Of a DNA stretch of 32,000 nucleotides, positions 18,338-25,171 are shown piece after piece. The stretch is from NCBI GenBank assembly GCA_041657425.1, contig JBBABY010000007.1, forward strand, positions 1 through 32,000, in the 5' to 3' direction. This DNA is from an archaeon (GTDB taxonomy: Archaea; Iainarchaeota; Iainarchaeia; Iainarchaeales; CSSED10-239). The notes below the pieces were generated by a model. The model was not told the DNA's origin and made no database searches. It was given only the letters and a program-made list of their open reading frames with translations. Position 1 is the stretch's first letter. Each line of letters opens with the position of its first letter. The translations under genes and the position numbers were made by a program.

Positions 18338-18412
18338 GGGAGTGTAGCTTAGTCTGGTTGGAGCACCCGACTGATAATCGGGCGGTCGCAGGTTCGAATC
18401 CCGCCTCTCCCA
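18338..18412 (+). tRNA. tRNA-Ile (anticodon GAU)
   Basis: Acceptor gggagtg/ctctccc has a U6.U67 mismatch. D stem is gctt/gagc. The anticodon stem cccga/tcggg carries loop ctGATaa. T stem gcagg/cccgc has an A51.C63 mismatch, with loop ttcgaat. Confidence 0.8.
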
Positions 18413-18413
18413 C

Positions 18414-18421
18414 TTTTTTTT
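18414..18421 (+). terminator. Oligo-T (T8) tract immediately after tRNA-Ile(GAU)
   Basis: tttttttt begins 2 nt after the discriminator base. Archaeal terminators are typically oligo-T tracts. Confidence 0.5.
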
Positions 18422-18460
18422 AAATCTTTTCTTTATAATACTATTTAACAGTGATAACAA

Positions 18461-19342
18461 ATGCCAAAAGAAATTGAATGTTTACTAAACAACGGATATT
18501 GTTTTAGGGATTCTAAAAAGAAAGAAATTGCTATATTAATGATACATGGTTTTGCGGCTTCTCCAAAGGAGCTAGAACCACTTGCTGATTTTTTAAAACC
18601 AGATTTTGATGTGTTTGTTCCATTGTTACCTGGTCATAAAACAAATATGGATGATTTCAGTAAGAAGAAATATACTGATTGGTTAGATTTTTCTGAAGAG
18701 TTATATACAAAATTACAACAAGATTATCCGAAAGTAATTTTATTAGGCTTTTCAATGGGGGGAACCATTTGTTTAAATCTTGCGTCAAAGAAAAATCCAT
18801 ATAAGATAATAACAATATCTTCGCCAATTGATTTCTTTGATATTAATTTCACAAAAGGAATATTAAACGAGCTTCGAAATACAAAAATAAGTCTTGCAAC
18901 AATTGTTTCTGAAATACAAGCGCTTTCAGTTAAAGAAAAGCAAGATAAAGAAAAAGACAAGGCTGCAAAAGTAGATAAAATAAAAACCGTATTTCAAAAT
19001 ATCTATAGTAAAATAAGAAAAGATTTTATTAAAGTAAATAATGATATGTCTGATTACATAGACACATATGAGGAAATATCTTATGCTGCAGTTCATGAAG
19101 TATTTATGCTTGCGAAAAACACTAAACCTAAATTAGGAAAAATAAAAGCAGATATTTTAGTAATTCACAGTCGTGGAGATACATTGATACCAGTAAGTAA
19201 TTCTTTTGAAATAATTAATGGTGTATCAAGTGACAACATTGAATTGTGTTTAGTAAATAATTCTAAGCACCACGTAATTATTGACAGTGATCACGATATT
19301 GCATTTAAGAGAATAAAAGACTTTATCACTCGGACATTCTAA
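18461..19342 (+). CDS. Alpha/beta hydrolase (carboxylesterase/lipase-like) with a charged cap insertion
   Basis: MIHGF is the oxyanion HG, GFSMGG the nucleophile elbow, HSRGDTLIP the Asp and NSKHHVI the His. There is a KEKQDKEKDKAAK insert. Confidence 0.75.
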   Translation: MPKEIECLLNNGYCFRDSKKKEIAILMIHGFAASPKELEPLADFLKPDFDVFVPLLPGHKTNMDDFSKKKYTDWLDFSEELYTKLQQDYPKVILLGFSMGGTICLNLASKKNPYKIITISSPIDFFDINFTKGILNELRNTKISLATIVSEIQALSVKEKQDKEKDKAAKVDKIKTVFQNIYSKIRKDFIKVNNDMSDYIDTYEEISYAAVHEVFMLAKNTKPKLGKIKADILVIHSRGDTLIPVSNSFEIINGVSSDNIELCLVNNSKHHVIIDSDHDIAFKRIKDFITRTF

Positions 19343-19349
19343 TTCCAAT

Positions 19350-19835
19350 TTACTTTATCTTAGTATTAACAAAAGAAAGATTTGGTTTTATCATTTGTGA
19401 TTGCTTATCAAAGTTTGCAGTTCCAATTATTTGAGAATTGAAAATGCAAATAATATACCCACTGGAAAGAGTATTAATTTTAATTGCATCTTTTGAACTT
19501 ATGTCTTTGCCTTTAAAATAATCATTTGCTTGTTCTCTTGAAAATGTTACTGAATTGTGCATGATCTCTCCTGCTTTAAATAATCCAAAACCAAGAGACG
19601 AAGGAGTGTAGTCTTTGAAATTAGAAAACAATTCAATTCCAAATCCATTAACATAGTTTCTGTAAAGTAGTTGTTCAATAATCTTTCTTGTTTCTCTTGA
19701 TTGAGAGATAATGGAAACAGAATGCCCAGATATTGTAAATAAATAATCACGAAAAAAATCCTTTTCAATTCCAAATCTTGAATTAAGATAATTGATTAGT
19801 TTTTCTCTAGTCTTTGTATCAAGTAATTTTGTCAT
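19350..19835 (-). CDS. Stand-alone RsmF-type C-terminal (PUA-like) RNA-binding module, coupled to the upstream NSUN methyltransferase
   Basis: I prefer the ATG at 19835 (MTKLLD...), 4 nt after the methyltransferase stop. The layout resembles the RsmF C-terminal domains: ...NYLNSRFGI..., SVTFSREQANDYFKGKDI and GYIICIFNSQIIGTANF......IKPNL. Confidence 0.55.
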   Translation of the reverse strand: MTKLLDTKTREKLINYLNSRFGIEKDFFRDYLFTISGHSVSIISQSRETRKIIEQLLYRNYVNGFGIELFSNFKDYTPSSLGFGLFKAGEIMHNSVTFSREQANDYFKGKDISSKDAIKINTLSSGYIICIFNSQIIGTANFDKQSQMIKPNLSFVNTKIK

Positions 19836-19839
19836 GTGT

Positions 19840-20763
19840 TTATTCCTTTTTAATCTTACAAATAAAGAAACCTTCAATGTCTGATTTGTGTGGCCATATC
19901 CTTATTGCTTTTTTAATTTCTGGATTTAGTTTCTTTTTATTGAATTCAATAATTCCTTTATCGTGGACAAGACCAGGAATTGAAATTTCTTCAATTTTTG
20001 CATTTGTGTTTTTCTTAAGAAGATAATCCACGACTTCTTCATTTTCTTCAGGGGAAAGTGTACAAGTAGAATAAACAAGTGTGCCTCCAATTTTAAGAAG
20101 AGAAAAAGATTTCTCAATTAGCTTCTTTTGAAGCTCTGCTTTTCCGGAAACATCTCTTGTTGACCAACCCTTAAGACTATCAGCTTTCTTTCTAACCATT
20201 CCTTCACAAGAGCAGGGTGCATCAAGAAGAATCTTATCAAATCTAAGACCAAGATCAAATTTGCAACCATCTTGGCAAGTGATGACTGTGTTAGTCACTC
20301 CAAGTCTCTTTAAAGTAAACTTTAGTGTCTTTAATCTGTCTTTATCGACGTCATTAGCAATAATTAACCCCTTATTGTTCATAATTTGAGCAAGTATTCC
20401 TGTTTTGTTACCAGGAGCTGCAGTTAAGTCTAGAATAACATCTGTTTCTCTTGGATTTAACACAAAAGCAGGAAGCATAGAAGAGATTTCTTGCATTTGA
20501 AATAATCCAATGTTTTGTTCTATGGTGTTACCAAGGCCAGAAACCTCAGACTTAATAAAGTATGCCTTCTCTAAAAATTTAGTTTGTTCAATCTCAATTC
20601 CTTGTTCTCTAAAGAAGGAAGTATCTTCTCCTTTAAGAGTATTCATAATTAATGATTTAGTTAATCTAGTCTTACAGCTTTCAAAGAACTTCTCTGATTC
20701 TTCTTCTCCAAGTATGGATTTATACTTATCCATAAATTCTTTAGGTAAATAAACTTCGCTCAT
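19840..20763 (-). CDS. NOL1/NOP2/Sun-family RNA (cytosine-C5)-methyltransferase
   Basis: DLTAAPGNKT is the SAM motif I, ILLDAPCSCEG the motif IV PC, and LVYSTCTLSPEENEEVV the motif VI TC. Confidence 0.88.
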   Translation of the reverse strand: MSEVYLPKEFMDKYKSILGEEESEKFFESCKTRLTKSLIMNTLKGEDTSFFREQGIEIEQTKFLEKAYFIKSEVSGLGNTIEQNIGLFQMQEISSMLPAFVLNPRETDVILDLTAAPGNKTGILAQIMNNKGLIIANDVDKDRLKTLKFTLKRLGVTNTVITCQDGCKFDLGLRFDKILLDAPCSCEGMVRKKADSLKGWSTRDVSGKAELQKKLIEKSFSLLKIGGTLVYSTCTLSPEENEEVVDYLLKKNTNAKIEEISIPGLVHDKGIIEFNKKKLNPEIKKAIRIWPHKSDIEGFFICKIKKE

Positions 20764-20884
20764 AATAAGATTAGTCTTACAAACATATTTAAAAGAGAAT
20801 TAGAGAGTAAAGAAATACATATATAAAGCTAATCCTTCATAAATTATTTATATAAGAACTTTTTTTAAAACAAGGTAATCAAGT

Positions 20885-21073
20885 ATGTTTGTGTTTATGG
20901 TAACAAAGAAGGAAGAGAAGGACCAAGACTACGATCTTGATGACTATGACTATGATGGTGATGAGACATTAAGAGAAGAGAAAGAAGACATTGAGACCGA
21001 ATATACTCCTGAAGACTTTGAAGATGAAGACGAAGAAGAATTCGATACAGATCATGATTTTAGCGATGACTAG
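20885..21073 (+). CDS. Hyper-acidic mini-protein (62 aa, D/E/Y/F-rich)
   Basis: The ORF is in the track: MFVFMVTKKEEKDQDYDLDDYDYDGDE...EDFEDEDEEEFDTDHDFSDD. No family is recognised. Confidence 0.45.
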   Translation: MFVFMVTKKEEKDQDYDLDDYDYDGDETLREEKEDIETEYTPEDFEDEDEEEFDTDHDFSDD

Positions 21074-21112
21074 AATCATATTTTTTTAAAACACAAAAGG
21101 TGAAAAAGAGAA

Positions 21113-21271
21113 ATGTACGTAATAAACAACGATTGTGCAGGTAATTGTTACAAGTGCGATGCAGCTGAAGAAGATGATGAAGACTTTGAAGACTTTGACG
21201 AAGAAGACACAGAAGAAACAGAAGAAGGCGACGAAGACTTTGATGATGAAGATTTAGATGAAGAGGAATAA
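21113..21271 (+). CDS. Second hyper-acidic mini-protein (52 aa; absent from the ORF track, presumably because of its size)
   Basis: The ATG at 21113 is preceded by AGGTGA at 21098-21103. Translation: MYVINNDCAGNCYKCDAAEEDDEDFEDFDEEDTEETEEGDEDFDDEDLDEEE*. Confidence 0.45.
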   Translation: MYVINNDCAGNCYKCDAAEEDDEDFEDFDEEDTEETEEGDEDFDDEDLDEEE

Positions 21272-21397
21272 ATTCCTTTTTATTTTCTATTTTTAAGAGT
21301 AATTTTTTTAAGAAAAAAGTGTTAAAAAATACCTATTTAAAGGCTTCTATACCTAATATATAATATACTAATTTTACAAAAAGTGGGGTTTTAAAAC

Positions 21398-21805
21398 ATG
21401 AGTCAAGAAGATATGGAAAATCAAGTAACAGAAACTGTTGATGAAGAAATTGCTGATGCAGTTGAAGATGAAGACATTGAATTAGATGATAACAAATTGC
21501 CTTTCCCTAATGCTACAGTTGTTAGATTAATGAGAAAGAATCTAGACAAGCATAAGCAGATTAAAGGAATAGTAAAAAAAGAAATGAATCTTTTCTTAGG
21601 GAGAATTGTAGAAACAATTTGTAAGAAGATGAATGGTCAAGAATATAGTTACGTTGATTATGGAATGTTTAAGCAAGCAATTGAAACATTCGAAAACATA
21701 CAATCAATTGAACTTGAAAAAATTAGAATAATTAAAAATCTAGAAAAGATAAAAGCAGAATGTGATATCTTAATAGATGATGTTGAAAGAAAATTCCATA
21801 CATAA
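21398..21805 (+). CDS. Histone-fold protein (CBF/NF-Y/archaeal histone superfamily) with an acidic N-terminal tail and a C-terminal coiled-coil extension
   Basis: LPFPNATVVRLMRKNLDKHKQIKGIVKKEMNLFLGRIVETICKKMNGQEYSYVDYGMFKQAIE fits alpha1-L1-alpha2-L2-alpha3 of NF-YB/Dr1-like histone folds. A 32-aa D/E-rich segment lies N-terminal and about 40 aa of heptad-like sequence lies C-terminal. Confidence 0.6.
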   Translation: MSQEDMENQVTETVDEEIADAVEDEDIELDDNKLPFPNATVVRLMRKNLDKHKQIKGIVKKEMNLFLGRIVETICKKMNGQEYSYVDYGMFKQAIETFENIQSIELEKIRIIKNLEKIKAECDILIDDVERKFHT

Positions 21806-21855
21806 GTTTTTCTTTCTTAACCCCAATTTAAAATAATATAAAGGAGATAATAATC

Positions 21856-23484
21856 ATGAGTAATAATCAAAGTCAAAATACTTCTTTCTTACCAGACGGT
21901 ACTCAAAGAGATAGAGGAAAAGATGCTCAAAGAATGAACATCATGGTAGCTAAAGCAGTAAGTAATGCCGTTAAATCAACTCTTGGTCCTAGAGGAATGG
22001 ATAAGATGCTTGTTAATGATATGGGAGATGTCACAATCAGTAATGATGGTGCAACCATATTAAAGGAAATGGCAATTGAACATCCAATAGGAAAGATGCT
22101 TGTTGAACTTGCAAAAAATCAAGATGATGAAGTAGGCGATGGAACAACTAGTGCTGTAATAATTGCTGGTGGTTTAGTTTCAAAGGCTGAAGGTTTACTT
22201 GATGAAAACATCCATCCATCAATAATTATTAAAGGATATAAGATGGCTTCTGAAAAAGCAGTAGAGTACTTTACAGAAATTTCAGAAAAGATAACAATTA
22301 ACGATAAAGCAGAATTATTAGATATTGCTAAAACTTCAATGACAGGAAAAGCTTCCGAATATAGTACAAATTTAGGAAACATTGTTGTTGATGGAATACT
22401 TAAGATTTCAAAATCAAATAAAGAAATTGAAAGAGATCAAATAAAAATTGAACAAAAGATTGGTGGTAATCTTTCTGATACAAAATTAATTGACGGAATT
22501 GTTCTTGATAAAGAAATTGTTCATTCAGAAATGCCAAAGAATATTAAGAATGCAAAAATTCTTTTAGTAAGTTCAGCATTAGAAGTTAAAGAACCAGAAA
22601 CAGAAGCAAAGATACAAATCACTTCACCTGATCAACTTCAAGCATTTATTGACCAAGAAGAACATGTTCTAAAAACAATGGTTGATAGAATTGTTGCAAC
22701 TGGTGCAAATGTTGTTGTTTGTCAAAAAGGAATTGATGACTTGGCTCAACACTTCTTAGCTAAAGCCGGAATTTTAGCAATCAGAAGAGCAAGACAAGGA
22801 GACATTGAAAGACTTGCAAAAGCTACAGGCGCAAAGATTGTTAATAGGTTAAAAGACGTAACTGCAAAAGACTTAGGAACAGCAGAACACGTTTACGATA
22901 AAAAGATTGCAGGAGACTTCATGTTGTTTATTGAAGGTTGCCCAAACCCAGGTTATGTGACAATACTTCTTAGAGGAACATCAGAACAAGTCTTGGCAGA
23001 AACAGAAAGAACATTAACTGATGCAATTGGCGCAGTCATCTCTACTCTTAAAACAGGAAGATTTGTTGCAGCTGGCGGTTCTTCAGAAATTGAAGTTGCT
23101 TTAAGATTAAAGGAATTTGCAAAGACAATTGGCGGAAGAGAACAACTTGCAATTGAAGCATTTGCTGAAGTTCTTGAAATCATACCAAAGACTCTTGCAG
23201 AAAGTGCAGGCCTAGATGCAATAGACACAATTGTTTCTTTAAGAAACAAACATCAAGATCCAGCTAATAAACACATAGGTGTTGATGTTGTTAATGGCGC
23301 ACTTGCTGACATGAAAAAGAAGAAAGTAATTGAACCAATAGCAGTTAAGACTCAAGCAGTCACATCAGCTGCAGAAGTTGCTGAAATGATATTAAGGATA
23401 GACGATATCATTGCAGGAGCATCCTCTCGCCCAAGAGGCCCACCAATGGGAATGCCTGGCGGCATGGATATGGGAGATATGTAA
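21856..23484 (+). CDS. ths: Thermosome subunit (group II chaperonin)
   Basis: [23 protein letters not shown] and [10 protein letters not shown] are present, with a C-terminal [10 protein letters not shown]-type tail ([12 protein letters not shown]). Confidence 0.95.
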   Translation: MSNNQSQNTSFLPDGTQRDRGKDAQRMNIMVAKAVSNAVKSTLGPRGMDKMLVNDMGDVTISNDGATILKEMAIEHPIGKMLVELAKNQDDEVGDGTTSAVIIAGGLVSKAEGLLDENIHPSIIIKGYKMASEKAVEYFTEISEKITINDKAELLDIAKTSMTGKASEYSTNLGNIVVDGILKISKSNKEIERDQIKIEQKIGGNLSDTKLIDGIVLDKEIVHSEMPKNIKNAKILLVSSALEVKEPETEAKIQITSPDQLQAFIDQEEHVLKTMVDRIVATGANVVVCQKGIDDLAQHFLAKAGILAIRRARQGDIERLAKATGAKIVNRLKDVTAKDLGTAEHVYDKKIAGDFMLFIEGCPNPGYVTILLRGTSEQVLAETERTLTDAIGAVISTLKTGRFVAAGGSSEIEVALRLKEFAKTIGGREQLAIEAFAEVLEIIPKTLAESAGLDAIDTIVSLRNKHQDPANKHIGVDVVNGALADMKKKKVIEPIAVKTQAVTSAAEVAEMILRIDDIIAGASSRPRGPPMGMPGGMDMGDM

Positions 23485-23492
23485 AATATTAT

Positions 23493-23954
23493 TTAACAAT
23501 AATATTTTCCTTCTGCTTTCATTTTCTCAATTTCTTTTTTTGAATATATAATTTCAGTTCTAAGCGCAATTTTTCCCGCTTTTTTTTCTGTCCAAATTCT
23601 TGCAAATTCGTTGTAATTTTCGTAATTTCCTGTTTTTGTATTGAAGGTGCGTTTTTTAGTAATAATTAGTTCTTCTCCATTTATTGGAAAATCTAATGGT
23701 ATTCTTTGTATTTCCATACCTGGACCAAAATGTTGGCCCATTCTATAGCCATTATCTAAAACCGTAATTCCTTCAACAAAGTATTTCTCTTCAAAACTTT
23801 TAAATGGTTCTCTATTGTACTTTCTTTGATTTAATTCTGAATTTTTGGAAAGATATTTTATTGGTTTTGATTTTTCAGGTCTTTCACTAATAATTGCAGT
23901 TTTTTGTTTAATTAATTTTTTTTTTATTCTTAATCTTGGTTTTGGGATAGGCAT
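23493..23954 (-). CDS. Hypothetical basic protein
   Basis: The 153-aa ORF has a GGAGGAAT SD (reverse complement of 23961-23968). No motif is recognised. Confidence 0.5.
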   Translation of the reverse strand: MPIPKPRLRIKKKLIKQKTAIISERPEKSKPIKYLSKNSELNQRKYNREPFKSFEEKYFVEGITVLDNGYRMGQHFGPGMEIQRIPLDFPINGEELIITKKRTFNTKTGNYENYNEFARIWTEKKAGKIALRTEIIYSKKEIEKMKAEGKYYC

Positions 23955-24061
23955 TTTAATTATTCCTCCATTAATTTTAACAAATTTATAACTAATAAAT
24001 GTTAGAACACATTTTTAAATATAAGTTTATCTCTAATCTTTTCTTTTTCTTTTCTTAAATA

Positions 24062-24170
24062 CACTAATTCTTGGACGGAGTGTGAGCCAACTCGCCGAAG
24101 GATATATATCGCATCTTTGTTTTTATATTAATTAAATTAATTAACTTAAAAAAGGAGATGAAATAAAAAA
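24062..24170 (+). promoter_or_regulatory. Conserved upstream module, copy A: GC-rich box, (AT)4, TATA-like ttttatattaatt, SD
   Basis: It aligns with 31412-31524. Shared strings are cactaatt, gccaac(t/c)cgccgaa(g/t)gatatatat, tttttatattaatt(a/t)aattaattaac and ggagatga. Confidence 0.6.
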
Positions 24171-24488
24171 ATGGCAAAAGAAAATAATACAAAATTAATA
24201 ATTTGGGCAGTAGTTGCTTTAGTTATTGGCGTAGTAATTGGATTACTAATTACAAATATTGTAACCACGGGGAATGCAAAATTCAGTTTACAACAGAAAG
24301 AAGTAATAGATCAAGCATTAGATAAACTACAAGAAGGTGGAGAACTTATTACGGCTGCTGATGGTTTATGTTGTGCAAGAGGAGCTAAAGCTTCTTCAGT
24401 AGGATATACTTACAACACAGATGGCGCCTCTATAACCATAGTATTAACTCCTGTTTGTAATGGTTCTGCCTGCGTCTCAGTTAAATAA
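24171..24488 (+). CDS. Small secreted/membrane-anchored Cys-rich protein (paralogous leader with 31525)
   Basis: The signal-like N-terminus is MAKENNTKLIIWAVVALVIGVVIGLLITNIVTTGNA. The mature part contains CC....C....C. Confidence 0.6.
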   Translation: MAKENNTKLIIWAVVALVIGVVIGLLITNIVTTGNAKFSLQQKEVIDQALDKLQEGGELITAADGLCCARGAKASSVGYTYNTDGASITIVLTPVCNGSACVSVK

Positions 24489-24602
24489 GTTTTAATTTGG
24501 GGATTAATTAAATCCCTTTTTTCTATTTTTTTCTAAAATCGCAAGGTTTTTAAATAACTTCTTAACTTAAGTATATAATAAAAACCAAACCTTTGATGAG
24601 AG

Positions 24603-24947
24603 ATGATATTAGAAAAAATACAAGACATAAAGCATTTTCAAAAAAAGGTAGATTTAGTAGCTAAGGTTATCGAAAAAACAAACATCAGAGAAGTTGTTTC
24701 TAAACTCGATGAAACAAGACATAATGTTTGTGAGATTCTAATTGGAGATGAAACTGGAACTGTATATCTTACAATGTGGGATGATGCCATCAACAGAATC
24801 CAAATTGGAAAGACATATTTGTTCAAGAATTTATTTTCTTCAGAATTCCAAAAATCAATGAGACTTAACATAGGTAGATTTGGCCAGTTTGAAGAATTCT
24901 CAAAAGATGTAGATGTTAATTCTGGAAATTTTAGATCCCAATTATAA
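24603..24947 (+). CDS. Single OB-fold nucleic-acid-binding protein (SSB/RPA-like)
   Basis: VDLVAKVIEK...V.....H.VCEILIGDETGTVYLTMWDD......IGKTYLFKN........MRLNIGRFG is the typical OB-fold anticodon/ssDNA-binding pattern. Confidence 0.65.
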   Translation: MILEKIQDIKHFQKKVDLVAKVIEKTNIREVVSKLDETRHNVCEILIGDETGTVYLTMWDDAINRIQIGKTYLFKNLFSSEFQKSMRLNIGRFGQFEEFSKDVDVNSGNFRSQL

Positions 24948-25035
24948 TTAAATAACCTTTAAATAGATTTCTACGATTATATTATTTAATAGACCAGTTT
25001 TTTTAAACACTTTTTATAAAAGTACCAAATGTAAT

Positions 25036-25110
25036 GGGGGTATAGCTCAGCCTGGTCAGAGCAGTGGTCTTATACACCAAAGGTCGCAGGTTCAAATCCT
25101 GCTTCCCCCA
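25036..25110 (+). tRNA. tRNA-Ile (anticodon UAU)
   Basis: Acceptor gggggta/ttccccc has a U6.U67 mismatch. D stem is gctc/gagc. The anticodon stem gtggt/accaa carries loop ctTATac. T stem is gcagg/cctgc with loop ttcaaat. A TATA-like tttttataaaag lies about 20 nt upstream. Confidence 0.85.
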
Positions 25111-25171
25111 CCTTTGGAATTTTTCTTAAATAAATATCTTTAAAAACATATTTCTAATCTATTTCATTAAT

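Noticed and set aside
18338-18412. Calling tRNA-Ile(GAU) a pseudogene because of the U6.U67 and A51.C63 mismatches
   Set aside because: All other cloverleaf elements and the T-loop are intact, and it is followed by an oligo-T terminator. The same U6.U67 mismatch recurs in the independent tRNA-Ile(UAU). It is kept as a functional call with reduced confidence.
18227-18460. Minus-strand ORF of 77 aa
   Set aside because: It directly overlaps the two tRNA genes. Its translation (RDSNLRPPDY...) is the usual artefact of reading a tRNA antisense.
17850-23249. ORFs 17850-18047, 18724-18960, 19547-19774, 19814-20026, 19926-20117, 20510-20752, 22119-22382 and 22953-23249
   Set aside because: They are antisense to, or out of frame within, the coiled-coil protein, hydrolase, RsmF-like, NSUN methyltransferase and thermosome genes.
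23493-23954. Relatedness of ORF 23493-23954 and ORF 29513-30211, based on the shared MP(I/R)PKP N-termini near the paralogous secreted-protein loci
   Set aside because: The similarity is limited to about 6 residues, with nothing alignable beyond. It is most likely coincidence.
24171-24278. Class III (type IV pilin-like) signal peptide on the two paralogous leaders
   Set aside because: There is no (K/R)G/A cleavage motif directly before the hydrophobic stretch. The layout (charged n-region, long h-region, TGNA/TGQA c-region) fits a Sec-type signal or anchor better.
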